Shown here: piece by piece, positions 1 through 9,581 of the stretch
How the letters are laid out: every line of letters begins with the position of its first letter
Numbering within the stretch: position 1 is the first letter of the stretch
Source: an uncultured Chloroflexia bacterium
GTDB lineage: Bacteria > Chloroflexota > Limnocylindria > Limnocylindrales > CSP1-4
Length of the DNA: 64,000 nt
Direction of reading: 5' to 3'
Assembly (NCBI GenBank): GCA_963819655.1
Contig: CAWFXA010000001.1
Span: 64,001 to 128,000, forward strand
The notes under the pieces: model-generated
Told to the model about the DNA's origin: nothing
Seen by the model: only the letters and a program-made list of their open reading frames with translations
The model's database searches: none
Translations under genes and position numbers: made by a program

Positions 1-1
1 G

Positions 2-1301
2 GCGCGTGCCGTGGCCGGAGAGGCGGCGGTGCCGTTCTTCAGCATCTCCGCCTCGGAGTTCGTGGAGCTGTTCGTGGGCGTCGGCGCCAGCCGCGTCCGC
101 GACCTGTTCACCAAGGCGAAGGCCACCGCCCCGGCGATCGTGTTCGTCGACGAGATCGACGCGGTCGGGCGACAACGCGGCGCCGGCCTGGGCGGAGGCA
201 ACGACGAGCGCGAGCAGACGCTCAACCAGCTGCTGGTCGAGATGGACGGCTTCGACGACAAGACGAGCGTCATCGTCCTCGCGGCCACCAACCGACCGGA
301 CGTGCTCGACCCGGCCCTGCTGCGACCCGGCCGCTTTGACCGGCAGGTCACGGTCGCCTTCCCGGACCGGGCCGGTCGCGAGGCGATCCTGCGGATCCAT
401 TCTCGCGGCATCCCCCTCGCCGAATCCGTCGACCTCGAGGTGCTCGCGGGCGCCACGCCGGGGTTCTCCGGCGCGGACCTCGCCAATCTGGCCAACGAAG
501 CGGCGCTCCGCGCCGCGCGCAAGGATCGCGATGTCGTCGACCCAGGAGGACTTCGAGGAGGCGCTCGATTCGATCCTGCTCGGGACGCGTCAGCCCGGTC
601 TCACCAACGTCGATGAGCGCCGCCTCGTGGCGTACCACGAGGGCGGCCATGCGATCGTGGCGCGGCTCACCCCGGGCGCCGATCCCGTGCATCGGGTCAC
701 GATCGTCCCGCACGGCCAGGCGCTCGGCGTGACGGAGCAGCGCCCCGACGAGGATCGCCGCAACTACCCGCGCGACTACCTGATGGGGCGGCTGGCGGTG
801 ATGCTCGGCGGTCGGGCCGCCGAGGACGTCGTCTTCGGCCAGCCGACCACGGGCGCGGAGAGCGACCTGAAGGCTGCCACCAGCCTGGCACGGCGCATGG
901 TCGGGCTGTGGGGGATGACCGACGAAGTCGGGCCCGTGTCGTACGGAGTGGGCGAGACGCAGCCGTTCCTGGGACGCGAGTTGGCGGCACCGCGCGAGTA
1001 CGCCGAGGCGACGGCAGCCCGGATCGACCAGGAGGTCGTCGCCATCATCACGACCGCACGCGATCAGGCGACCGCGATCATTCGCACGGCCCGCCCCGCG
1101 CTCGACGCCCTCGCCGACGAGCTGGTCGCCCACGAGATGGTCGACAGCCAACGACTCGACGAGATCCTGTTGAAGGCTGGCTTCACCCCGGCCATCGCCG
1201 CACCTGGCGGATTGCCCGCCATTGCGGCCAGCGCGCCCGTGATTCCCGATCAGCCGCCCGCTGCCAAGAAGGGATCAGGCCCATCCGGGACCCGGTCGTG
1301 A
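2..1301 (+). CDS. ftsH: ATP-dependent zinc metalloprotease FtsH (5'-partial; apparent 1-nt insertion near 539)
   Basis: AAA motifs ([48 protein letters not shown]) lie in ORF 11..616 and the M41 HEGGH motif in ORF 6..1301. The frames join at DVV|TQEDFEEA. Confidence 0.95.
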   Translation, partial: RVPWPERRRCRSSASPPRSSWSCSWASAPAASATCSPRRRPPPRRSCSSTRSTRSGDNAAPAWAEATTSASRRSTSCWSRWTASTTRRASSSSRPPTDRTCSTRPCCDPAALTGRSRSPSRTGPVARRSCGSILAASPSPNPSTSRCSRAPRRGSPARTSPIWPTKRRSAPRARIAMSSTQEDFEEALDSILLGTRQPGLTNVDERRLVAYHEGGHAIVARLTPGADPVHRVTIVPHGQALGVTEQRPDEDRRNYPRDYLMGRLAVMLGGRAAEDVVFGQPTTGAESDLKAATSLARRMVGLWGMTDEVGPVSYGVGETQPFLGRELAAPREYAEATAARIDQEVVAIITTARDQATAIIRTARPALDALADELVAHEMVDSQRLDEILLKAGFTPAIAAPGGLPAIAASAPVIPDQPPAAKKGSGPSGTRS

Positions 1302-1407
1302 CTCTGATCCTGGACGCAATCCGGGCGACTTCGTAGGACACTGAACGTGGACCGGCGGTGTCTCCTTCACGTGGGGCCACCGCCAGGCGATCGATTGGAG
1401 GTGGCCG

Positions 1408-2013
1408 ATGGGCTTCATCACACGAGGCTTTCGGGGTCGACGGTCGGCCGATGCTGCCGCGGGACGGGTACCGCCGGGCCAGTACGTCACGCAGGACTAT
1501 CCGGTGCTGTCGGCCGGACCGACTCCGGACATCCCACTCGATCAATGGCGCCTCACGATCGGCGGCCAGGTCGACAAGCCCCTCGAGTGGACGTGGGAGG
1601 AGTTCACGGCGCTGCCAGGCGAGGACGTGACCGTCGACATCCACTGCGTCACAAAGTGGTCGAAGCTGGACACGACCTGGCACGGCGTTTCAGTGGACAC
1701 GCTGCTCAAGGACGTCGAGACGGCAGCGGACTATGTGATGCAGCACTCGTACGGCGGATACACGACAAACCTTCCGCTGGAAGACCTCACCGGCGGCAAG
1801 GCGTGGGTCGCGTATCGATTCGATGGTGCGCCACTTGAACCCGAGCACGGTGGCCCGGCTCGGATGGTGGTGCCCCATCTCTACTTCTGGAAGAGCGCCA
1901 AGTGGCTCCGGAGCCTCGAGCTTCGGGACACGGATGAGCCCGGCTTCTGGGAGATGTACGGGTATCACAACTACGGTGACCCATGGCGAGAACAGCGATA
2001 CGCGGGCGACTGA
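1408..2013 (+). CDS. Sulfite-oxidase-like molybdopterin oxidoreductase (cytoplasmic, YedY/MsrP-related)
   Basis: PPGQY, DIHCVTKWS with Mo-ligand Cys, HGGPAR, YFWKSAKW, GFWE.YGYH.YGDPW; GGAGGT RBS upstream. Confidence 0.9.
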   Translation: MGFITRGFRGRRSADAAAGRVPPGQYVTQDYPVLSAGPTPDIPLDQWRLTIGGQVDKPLEWTWEEFTALPGEDVTVDIHCVTKWSKLDTTWHGVSVDTLLKDVETAADYVMQHSYGGYTTNLPLEDLTGGKAWVAYRFDGAPLEPEHGGPARMVVPHLYFWKSAKWLRSLELRDTDEPGFWEMYGYHNYGDPWREQRYAGD

Positions 2014-2735
2014 CCTGGCTGGTCAGTCAGGTCGTCGACCGGATCGACGAGACGGCACAGGTCCGCAGCCTCGTGCTCGATTGTCCTGGTTGGCCGGGCC
2101 ATCAACCGGGTCAGCACGTGGACGTCCGCCTGACGGCCGCCGACGGCTACGTCGCCGAGCGCAGCTATTCGATCGCGACGCCGGCCGACGGCAGCCGGAT
2201 CACGATCACGGTCGAGCGGCTCGTGGAGGGCGAAGTATCGCCCTACCTCGTCGACGAGCTCCAGATCGGCGACCGGCTCGAGCTCCGCGGCCCGATCGGT
2301 GGCTGGTTCGTGTGGCGGCCGGAGCTCGGCGGGCCGCTGTTCCTGGCGGCCGGCGGCAGCGGGATCGCGCCGCTGATGGCGATGGTTCGTGCCCGGATCG
2401 CCAGCCGGAGTGATGTCCCGGTCCGGCTGCTGTTGTCGGCCCGATCGGCGGAGGAAGTCATCTACGGCGCCGAGCTCGACACGATCGCCAAGGACCAGGT
2501 CGGGGTCCAGGTGATAGAGACGCTCACGCGGATGCAGCCGCCCGAGTGGTCCGGGTATCGACGGCGCGTCGATCGAGCGATGCTGACCGAGGTCGCCTGG
2601 CCGACCACGGAGAAGCCGAAATGCTACGTCTGCGGGCCGACTGGTTTCGTCGAGGCCGTCGCCTCGGCCCTGGTCGACTTGGGACATGACCCGCAGGACA
2701 TCAGGACCGAGCGCTTCGGCCCGACGGGAGGTTAG
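1983..2735 (+). CDS. FAD/NAD-binding ferredoxin-reductase-type oxidoreductase
   Basis: RSYSIA, GEVSPYL, GGSGIAP, YVCGPTGFV, TERFG motifs. Confidence 0.9.
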   Translation: MARTAIRGRLTWLVSQVVDRIDETAQVRSLVLDCPGWPGHQPGQHVDVRLTAADGYVAERSYSIATPADGSRITITVERLVEGEVSPYLVDELQIGDRLELRGPIGGWFVWRPELGGPLFLAAGGSGIAPLMAMVRARIASRSDVPVRLLLSARSAEEVIYGAELDTIAKDQVGVQVIETLTRMQPPEWSGYRRRVDRAMLTEVAWPTTEKPKCYVCGPTGFVEAVASALVDLGHDPQDIRTERFGPTGG

Positions 2736-2737
2736 CG

Positions 2738-3001
2738 ATGACCAGTGACAACCACGTCGACGGCAACGCCATGGGCGGCCTCCTCATCGATGTCTTCGGC
2801 CGCGAGATGACCGACGCACAAGGCTGTTGCGCCAATTGTGGTGACGTGAACGCCATGGGCGCGTTGATCGTCTATCGCAGCGGTCCGGGCGACGTGTTGC
2901 GCTGCCCCAGCTGCGAATCTGTTCTGATGGTGGCCGCCTCGCTGTCCGAACGACCTCGGGTATACCTCGCGTCGTTGAGGTGGTTGGAAACCCCCTCCTG
3001 A
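2738..3001 (+). CDS. DUF6510-like small zinc-ribbon protein
   Basis: DGNAMGG...CANC...RCPSC pattern; operonic with the reductase. Confidence 0.75.
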   Translation: MTSDNHVDGNAMGGLLIDVFGREMTDAQGCCANCGDVNAMGALIVYRSGPGDVLRCPSCESVLMVAASLSERPRVYLASLRWLETPS

Positions 3002-3016
3002 TCCCTGGAGCAGGAC

Positions 3017-3451
3017 ATGACGCTGTCAACCGACTCAGCAAACAGCTCGGCCGGGATGCCGTTGGCCGGCGTCGAATACCGGCCCGGTGTCTGCAACATC
3101 GGTCCGGTCGAGATCGCCCGCCGTCGCCGAGCCGGGCACGTCGGCCTCCTTGTCACGGTGGCCGCGTTCGCCGCCCTTGTGGCGATCGATGCGCCGCCGC
3201 TCGCGCGCTTGATCCTGATCGTGCCCGCCGCCGCCGCGGCGTCCGGCTACCTCCAGGCGTGGTTGAAGTTCTGCGCCGGTTTCGGGTCACGGGGGATCTT
3301 CAATTTCGGACCCCTCGGAGACACCCAGCAGGTCGTGGACGAGGACGCCCGAGCACGTGACCGCGCCAGGGCCAAGCGGATCGGTCTGGCGAGTCTCGCG
3401 ATCGGAGTCGCGGTCGGCGTCCTGGCGGCTGTCATTCCGTTCGGCGCCTGA
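3017..3451 (+). CDS. Hypothetical membrane protein (YxPGVCNIG and FCAGFG motifs)
   Basis: Three hydrophobic segments and two conserved-looking Cys motifs; GGAG RBS. Confidence 0.7.
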   Translation: MTLSTDSANSSAGMPLAGVEYRPGVCNIGPVEIARRRRAGHVGLLVTVAAFAALVAIDAPPLARLILIVPAAAAASGYLQAWLKFCAGFGSRGIFNFGPLGDTQQVVDEDARARDRARAKRIGLASLAIGVAVGVLAAVIPFGA

Positions 3452-3463
3452 CGAAGCTCGGCG

Positions 3464-3526
3464 ATGGACGCGAATCTGCTGCTTTGGGTCGGGCAGATCC
3501 TGCTCGGGCGGCGAGGAGACGCTTAG
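3464..3526 (+). pseudogene. Possible truncated DoxX-family N-terminus (MDANLLLWVGQILLG...)
   Basis: The first 15 codons resemble DoxX TM1 (LLWxxQILL) and the frame stops after 20 aa. Confidence 0.35.
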
Positions 3527-3527
3527 C

Positions 3528-3986
3528 TCAGGCGTCCTCGATGAGGAAGACCGGCGTGCGCGGCGTCAGCGCTTGCGCCTCCTCCAGTGTGCCCGTCGGC
3601 TCCTTGAGGCCAAGATAGCGGCGCCCCTGGCCCGGGTACTGTGTCACGTACCAGCGCAGGTACTCGGCCGTCTCCTCCGGGCTGAGCTCTGGGAGGTGAA
3701 CGGCGCGCGCACGGCCACCGCGAACGATCCGCACCGACCGCCCGGCGCGGACGTCGCGCACCCACGGCGTGATGCCAAAGAGGCCCACCACGTAATCGAT
3801 GCCGTCCCGGGGCCAGATCATGATCGGGATTCGGCGAGTCGCGTTCGTTCCATCGACCTCGAGTACGGCACCCGGCCCGCGGACACGCGCAAGCAGGACT
3901 CGCGCCACCGGATCACCGATATGCCGCCGGAACCAGCCACGAGGCTTCCGATACTCGGGGGTTGGGACGGTCGTCGACGCGCTCAT
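3528..3986 (-). CDS. Nitroreductase-family deazaflavin(F420)-dependent oxidoreductase-like protein (DUF385-like)
   Basis: Y.VG.FG.TPWVRDVRA and C-terminal PVF; start MSASTT. Confidence 0.7.
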   Translation of the reverse strand: MSASTTVPTPEYRKPRGWFRRHIGDPVARVLLARVRGPGAVLEVDGTNATRRIPIMIWPRDGIDYVVGLFGITPWVRDVRAGRSVRIVRGGRARAVHLPELSPEETAEYLRWYVTQYPGQGRRYLGLKEPTGTLEEAQALTPRTPVFLIEDA

Positions 3987-4039
3987 CAGGCGCCTCCATG
4001 CGCTACGATTCCTGTGCGCTGCACCCTCGCGTTCGTGAA

Positions 4040-4084
4040 GTTGCAACTGCAACCACCTTACGCCACGTTGGTTGCGCATGCAAG
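4040..4084 (-). promoter_or_regulatory. sigma70-type promoter (TTGCAT-17-TAAGGT) flanked by two GTTGC-N4-GCAAC-type operators
   Basis: GTTGCAACTGCAAC 4040-4053 and GTTGCGCATGCAAG 4071-4084; -10 at 4055-4060 and -35 at 4078-4083 on the minus strand. Confidence 0.65.
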
Positions 4085-4116
4085 TATCACTGGAACCCGA
4101 CGTCGCTGGTTCGATC

Positions 4117-4677
4117 TCAGTCGGGCTGGGGCTCCAACACGACGACCGCTGTCTCCTGGGATCGCTTGGCCGCGTGGGCGTCGGTACCCTCGCCGAGCCC
4201 CACCCACATTGCCCACATGCGCACCCGTTCGTCCCCGTCCGCTGCACGCGCATGGACGGTGAGCGATCCGGTTGCCGTATCGATCCTGGCGGCGGGATTC
4301 GCCTGCAGGTTGAGCCACCACGCGGGTTCGGGGTTGGCCCACCCGTTCATGGCCAGGGTGATCAGATTTGGGCCATCCTCAAGGTAGCCGAGGATGGCGG
4401 TCCGCTCGCTGCCCGTTCGGCGGCCGACTGTCCTGATACGCAGCATGCCCCAGCGGTCGGCCGTGGCTCCGCGAAGACCGAACCGGCCGCCGGTCACGGA
4501 GTAGAGCGCGCGGTGCATCACCCAGAAGGCACGGATGAACCAGCGCGGCGGGAGTCGCGGCGCTCGCTCAGGCTGGCGGAGCAGGACGTCACCGTCGCTG
4601 ACAACCGGCGCGTCGATATCTGCGGTTTCGACGGCGTTCGTCGAGCTGTGGTCATCCTGGATCGTGTTCAGGCTCAT
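4117..4677 (-). CDS. Ddn-family (DUF385) deazaflavin-dependent nitroreductase/quinone reductase
   Basis: TVGRRTGSER, AMNGW..PEPAWWLNLQANP, VVVLEP. Confidence 0.85.
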   Translation of the reverse strand: MSLNTIQDDHSSTNAVETADIDAPVVSDGDVLLRQPERAPRLPPRWFIRAFWVMHRALYSVTGGRFGLRGATADRWGMLRIRTVGRRTGSERTAILGYLEDGPNLITLAMNGWANPEPAWWLNLQANPAARIDTATGSLTVHARAADGDERVRMWAMWVGLGEGTDAHAAKRSQETAVVVLEPQPD

Positions 4678-4701
4678 CCTCTGCTCCGATGTAAAGAGTG
4701 C

Positions 4702-4755
4702 TTGACATCGGCAAATGTATAGCAGGGCTGACATCGTGTCAATGGTTCTTGACAC
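4702..4755 (-). promoter_or_regulatory. sigma70 promoter TTGACA-17-TACATT with a TGACA-N3-TGTCA palindrome over the -35
   Basis: -35 at 4737-4742, -10 at 4714-4719 (minus strand); palindrome 4729-4741; extra TGACA half-sites at 4703 and 4750. Confidence 0.7.
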
Positions 4756-4815
4756 GTACGCACCATTCGGCGAGCGAAGGTATGCCCTTCGTCGTGGTTT
4801 CGACCTTCGAGGCGG

Positions 4816-5220
4816 CTACCCTGCCCGCTGATGCGGGCGACGGGCGACGGCATCGTCGATCCGTTTGCCAACGTCGGGGAAGCGGGCCAAGACCCGGCCG
4901 AACTCGAAGCGGCCGAACTGCACGAACTCGCACGCCGTGGCGCATGTCACCATCGCGGTGTTGGTCGTCCCCTCCACCAGGGCGATCTCGCCGACGAACC
5001 CGCCGTCGGACATCGACCGCACGAATTCACCGTTGCGCGTGACATGGACGGTGCCGGTCACGATGACGTAGAAGGACTCGGTCGCCTCGCCCTCACCGAT
5101 CAGCACCGTGCCGGCAGGCATCGAGACGAGCTGAGCCAGGGTCGCGATCGCTTCCAGACTGCGCCCTTCGAGCTTGGCGAAGATCGGGAGGCGGGCCACG
5201 ATAGCGGTCTTCTCGTCCAT
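4816..5220 (-). CDS. Stand-alone cyclic nucleotide-binding domain protein
   Basis: LIGEGE...FYVIVTGTV.V...GFVGEIAL cNMP fold. Confidence 0.8.
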   Translation of the reverse strand: MDEKTAIVARLPIFAKLEGRSLEAIATLAQLVSMPAGTVLIGEGEATESFYVIVTGTVHVTRNGEFVRSMSDGGFVGEIALVEGTTNTAMVTCATACEFVQFGRFEFGRVLARFPDVGKRIDDAVARRPHQRAG

Positions 5221-5274
5221 GCTCCCGGAGCATAGCGGGACGCGGCCCTGCCCCGGAGTGCGGCGAGACGAGAC

Positions 5275-6492
5275 CTATGCGTCCGTCGGGACGGTCTGCG
5301 TCTCGATACCCTCGCTGCGCACCTCCGCGAGATACACGGAGCGCACCGAGAACAGCTGTCGGAGCTCGTCGAGCATGGTCGTGAAATGCTCGCTGCGGTA
5401 CGCATTGTCGGTCAGGGCAAGGCCCGTGAAGTAGAGGCCGACGATCCCGCTCAGGAGGGCGCTGACGATCAGCAGCTCGGCCGACAGGATGCGGGTCTCG
5501 CCGAGCAAGTCGAATTCCCAGACGACCGTGACCGGCGCCGAGATCCACTGCTCCTGGACGGACGCCGGAACCACCAGCAGGCCGAACACCACGAGAAAGG
5601 CCATCACCAGAAGCGCGACGAAGGTCGACTGGAGGAGCTGGTTGATTACCACCACGAAGTCAAGGTTGATCCGCTGGAGCCAGGTCAGAGGCGCGGCCGG
5701 GCTCGCGGGTCGCTTCGAGGAGTCCGCGATCGGTGCGGCAGGTGTCCCCTGCACGTCGGCCTCGACGATGTCCCAGTCGGTCCCTGCTTCGAGGCGACGG
5801 ATCTCCGGGCGGAACGTGGTGACGATGAGGAGCGACGCGATCAGCACCAGGAGCAGCAGGACAGCGGCGATCTCGCCGCCATGGAGCGAGTGCGCCGCCT
5901 CCCAGATCTCAGCCGCGAACATCAGGAACACGACGAGGATCAGCAGGACCGGCAGGGTCCGCGAGAGCAGCGTCACGATGTGAAGCAGGTGCTCGCGTAG
6001 GCGTCCGAGGGCCCAGAGCGCGATCTCTAGCAGGCCGAAGGCGATGACCATGTAGATGATGCCGATGCCGAGCAGGATGTTGAGCGTCATCAAGATCGAC
6101 ATCGCCAGATCCCGCCCGACCACGAGCGTGGGGATCCCCGGCAGGATCGCGAAGGCCGCGATATCCGTGATATCGAACCGTGGCGGCGGACCGCTCACAG
6201 ACCGGCGGCGTATGGCCATGATGACCCGGTAGGCCACCAGCACGAACAGGAGCGAGGCGAGCGCCCCGACGACGTCCCACGGCAAGGGGATGTCTGGCCG
6301 TCCAAGCCAGTACAGCACCGTCCAGATGACGATCCACGCGGCGATGAACGGCGCCGCCCGGGCGTCCATGCTCTGCTCGGTGCTGTAGCCCTCGATGAAC
6401 TGCGGCACGCCGCGTCGCACGAACCAGCGCTCGATGTCACGACGCGGGCCGGACGGGACCGTGCCGGGAGCGACCTGCAGGAGCGCATCCAT
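5275..6492 (-). CDS. Hypothetical polytopic membrane protein
   Basis: WFVRRGVPQFIE N-terminus and about 8 hydrophobic segments. Confidence 0.75.
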   Translation of the reverse strand: MDALLQVAPGTVPSGPRRDIERWFVRRGVPQFIEGYSTEQSMDARAAPFIAAWIVIWTVLYWLGRPDIPLPWDVVGALASLLFVLVAYRVIMAIRRRSVSGPPPRFDITDIAAFAILPGIPTLVVGRDLAMSILMTLNILLGIGIIYMVIAFGLLEIALWALGRLREHLLHIVTLLSRTLPVLLILVVFLMFAAEIWEAAHSLHGGEIAAVLLLLVLIASLLIVTTFRPEIRRLEAGTDWDIVEADVQGTPAAPIADSSKRPASPAAPLTWLQRINLDFVVVINQLLQSTFVALLVMAFLVVFGLLVVPASVQEQWISAPVTVVWEFDLLGETRILSAELLIVSALLSGIVGLYFTGLALTDNAYRSEHFTTMLDELRQLFSVRSVYLAEVRSEGIETQTVPTDA

Positions 6493-6579
6493 CGCATACC
6501 AGCGTACGGGTGCGCGACGTGCAGTACGAATTGGTCATGGCTGGCGGGACCGCATGTTCGTACGTTGCCAGTCAGCACC

Positions 6580-9123
6580 ATGCCTTCTCGTTCCCTGCGC
6601 CGTGCCGTCCTCGGGTCGGCCGTCCGATCGTATCGGCGGCCGGGCATCCGCGCGGTCGTCGTGGCGCCCGCCATCGCGGTCATCGTCGTCATGGCCGTCA
6701 TCGTCTCGAATAGCGTCGCGAACGAGCTTCGCGAGGGCGCCAAGGAAGCCGCAGTGCACAACGTCGAGGCGATCGTCCGTGGCTACGTCGATCCGGCGCT
6801 GCACGAGACGAGCCTCGATCTCGACGCGCGGCATGATCCGGCGATCGACGCACAGCTCGAGCGATTGGTGCTGTCGGGCGAGATCCGCCGAATCAATCTT
6901 TGGTCACGCGATGGACGGATCGTGTACTCGAGTGAGCCCGCGCTCCGCGGCCAGCGCTTGTCGATCGGCCCGCTCCTCGCGAGTGCCTACGCCGGCGACG
7001 GCGTCGCGCGCTACATCGGGGCAGACGAGTCCACGGTCGGTACCAGCAGCGTGCCCGGCGACAGCGCGTCACCGACGTCGGACCGCTACCTCGAGCTGTT
7101 CGTACCCATCCGCGGCGCGGTCGACGGCAACCCGATCGGCGTGTACGACGTGTACCAGGATGCCCGCCTCATCGAACAGCGCGTTGCTGCCGTCCGGTCA
7201 GGCGTGTTCGTGGTCGCGCTGTTCGCGTCGAGCCTGCTGGCGGCCCTGATCTGGATGGCATTCGGGGGCGCGTCGCGTGTGCTCGCCGCCCAGAACCGCC
7301 GCCTCCAGGAGCAGGCCACGACGGAGCGGCTGCTGCTCGTCGACCTGCAGCGCAGTGAAGAGCGCTTCCGCTCTCTCGTGCGGAATGCGTCGGACGGTGT
7401 CGTGGTGCTCGGTGACGATGGCCTGATCCGGTACGAGAGCCCGGCTGTCGAGCGGATCCTGGGTCGCCGCCCGGACGATGGGGTGGGCCAGCCCGCGATC
7501 GCGGATGTGCATCCCGACGACCGGGCGACCGTCGAGCGTCGCCTGCACGACGTGGCATCAGCGAGTGGTTCGGAGGCGGCCATGGAGTTCCGCGCCCGGC
7601 ACGCGGATGGCTCGTGGCGGACGCTCGAGGCGATCGCCAAGAACCTGCTCGACGACCCCGCCGTCGGGGGCGTGGTCGTCAACTATCGCGACATCACCGA
7701 GCGCAAGGCGCTCGAGGAGCAGCTTCGCCACCAGGCCTTCCACGACGTCCTGACCGGGCTGGCGAACCGCTCGCTGTTCCGAGACCGGCTCGGCCACGCA
7801 CTGGCGCGCGCCGCGCGGGGCGCACTCCCGACGGCCGTCCTGTACCTGGACCTCGATGACTTCAAAGCGATCAACGACCGCCTCGGCCACGCCGAAGGCG
7901 ACCGCTTGCTCGTCGCAGTCGGCGAGCGGCTGCTCACCGCCACGCGGGCCGGCGACACGGTGGCGCGCCTGGGCGGAGACGAGTTCGCGATCATCGTCGA
8001 GGAGACCGATCCGACGGAGGCTGCACAGGCCGCGACACGGATCCTCCAGGCGCTCGCGCCACCGTTCGACGTGGGCGGCCGCGAGATCGTCGCGCGCGCG
8101 AGCATCGGGATCGCGATCCGGACGGCGGACGGCGGCGATGCGGATGAGCTGCTCCGGCGCGCGGACATCGCGATGTATGCGGCCAAGGCCCGCGGCGGGG
8201 AATGCCACGTCACGTACGAGGCCGAGCTGTACGACGCCACCGTCGCCCGGATGGAGCTAAAGGCCGACCTGCAGGGCGCGCTCGAACGTGGCGAGCTCCA
8301 CGTCGCCTACCAGCCCATCGTCGACATCGACTCGGGTGCCATGTCGGGATCCGAGGCGCTCATGCGCTGGGATCATCCTCAACGAGGTCCCGTCCCGCCC
8401 ACGGAGTTCATCCCGCTCGCCGAAGAGAACGCGCTCATCCTCGATCTCGGTCGATGGATCCTCGAGACGGCCTGCCGGCAGACGCGCGAATGGCAGAAGC
8501 AGACGGGCCGGCCCGACCTCACCGTGAGCGTCAACCTGTCGGGGCGCCAGATCGCGGATGTCGGTCTCGTCGCCGACGTGTCGCGCGTCCTGGCGACGAC
8601 GGGCCTCGATCCGCGCTGCCTCACGCTCGAGATAACCGAGACCGTCCTCATCCAGGATGTCGAGGCGACGGTCGGTGCGTTCCGGGCTCTCAAGGCGCTC
8701 GGCATACGCCTCGCCATCGACGACTTCGGGACGGGCTACTCGTCTCTCAGCTACCTGCGCCAGTTCCCGATCGACATCCTCAAGATCGACCGTTCGTTCG
8801 TCGCCAGCCTCGATGGCACGAGCGAGTCGAACGCTCTCGTTCGCTCGATCATCAACCTGAGCTCGACGCTGCGGCTCGATACCGTGGCGGAGGGCATCGA
8901 GACGTCCCAGCAGCGCGACGTCCTCCACGGCCTCGGTGCGCAACGCGGCCAGGGCCACCTCTTTGCGCGCGCGATGGGTCCGGCCCAGCTTCTCGACGTC
9001 CTCACCGGTCGGACGGCGACCGGTACCACGGATGGATCCGTCACACGAGGTAGCGACGGTCGCACGCCTTCGGCTGGCCGGTCGCGCCGTCGACCCGTCC
9101 ACGAACGAGCCATCCGTCGATGA
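6580..9123 (+). CDS. Membrane-anchored PAS-GGDEF-EAL c-di-GMP signalling protein
   Basis: Two TM helices around an extracytoplasmic domain, PAS (VHPDD), RxxD I-site, GGDEF, EAL (SEALMRW), DDFGTGYSS. Confidence 0.95.
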   Translation: MPSRSLRRAVLGSAVRSYRRPGIRAVVVAPAIAVIVVMAVIVSNSVANELREGAKEAAVHNVEAIVRGYVDPALHETSLDLDARHDPAIDAQLERLVLSGEIRRINLWSRDGRIVYSSEPALRGQRLSIGPLLASAYAGDGVARYIGADESTVGTSSVPGDSASPTSDRYLELFVPIRGAVDGNPIGVYDVYQDARLIEQRVAAVRSGVFVVALFASSLLAALIWMAFGGASRVLAAQNRRLQEQATTERLLLVDLQRSEERFRSLVRNASDGVVVLGDDGLIRYESPAVERILGRRPDDGVGQPAIADVHPDDRATVERRLHDVASASGSEAAMEFRARHADGSWRTLEAIAKNLLDDPAVGGVVVNYRDITERKALEEQLRHQAFHDVLTGLANRSLFRDRLGHALARAARGALPTAVLYLDLDDFKAINDRLGHAEGDRLLVAVGERLLTATRAGDTVARLGGDEFAIIVEETDPTEAAQAATRILQALAPPFDVGGREIVARASIGIAIRTADGGDADELLRRADIAMYAAKARGGECHVTYEAELYDATVARMELKADLQGALERGELHVAYQPIVDIDSGAMSGSEALMRWDHPQRGPVPPTEFIPLAEENALILDLGRWILETACRQTREWQKQTGRPDLTVSVNLSGRQIADVGLVADVSRVLATTGLDPRCLTLEITETVLIQDVEATVGAFRALKALGIRLAIDDFGTGYSSLSYLRQFPIDILKIDRSFVASLDGTSESNALVRSIINLSSTLRLDTVAEGIETSQQRDVLHGLGAQRGQGHLFARAMGPAQLLDVLTGRTATGTTDGSVTRGSDGRTPSAGRSRRRPVHERAIRR

Positions 9124-9149
9124 CTCAACTCTCCTTGCGAGGTACTCCC

Positions 9150-9581
9150 ATGTCGATCTCCCGAAAGCCCCTGGGGCGCCGCATCGTTCCGATCCTGACC
9201 GTCGCGCTGATCGTGGCTGCCACGATCGTCGCCGCATGCTCGGCCGCCGCTGCCGTACCGCCACGGACCATCGGCCTGGAGACGCTGAACGACTCCGGCG
9301 TGACTGGGACGGTCGCCTTCAGCGACCTGGGCGGCAGGACGCGAGTCGATGTGACGGTCGACCCGGCCGATAATCCCGACATGCCGGCGCACATCCACCC
9401 GGGCACCTGCGACGAACTGACGCCGCAGCCGAAGTACCCACTCGAGAACGTTCGGAACGGGACGTCCACGACCGTCGTCCCCGCATCGATCGCCGAGCTG
9501 TTCGCCGGGGGCCTCGCCGTCAACATCCACAAGTCGAACGACGACCTCAAGACCTATACCGCGTGCGTCGATATCCGCTGA
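9150..9581 (+). CDS. Secreted/lipoprotein with CHRD or Cu/Zn-SOD-like His/Cys motifs
   Basis: Signal with lipobox-like VAAC; PAHIHPGTC, VNIHKS, YTAC. An alternative ATG at 9120 overlaps the upstream stop. Confidence 0.7.
   Translation: MSISRKPLGRRIVPILTVALIVAATIVAACSAAAAVPPRTIGLETLNDSGVTGTVAFSDLGGRTRVDVTVDPADNPDMPAHIHPGTCDELTPQPKYPLENVRNGTSTTVVPASIAELFAGGLAVNIHKSNDDLKTYTACVDIR

Noticed and set aside
530-550. Programmed ribosomal frameshifting in ftsH or the other split genes
   Set aside because: There is no slippery heptamer or shared stimulatory element, and the lesions affect unrelated genes, so sequencing error is simpler.
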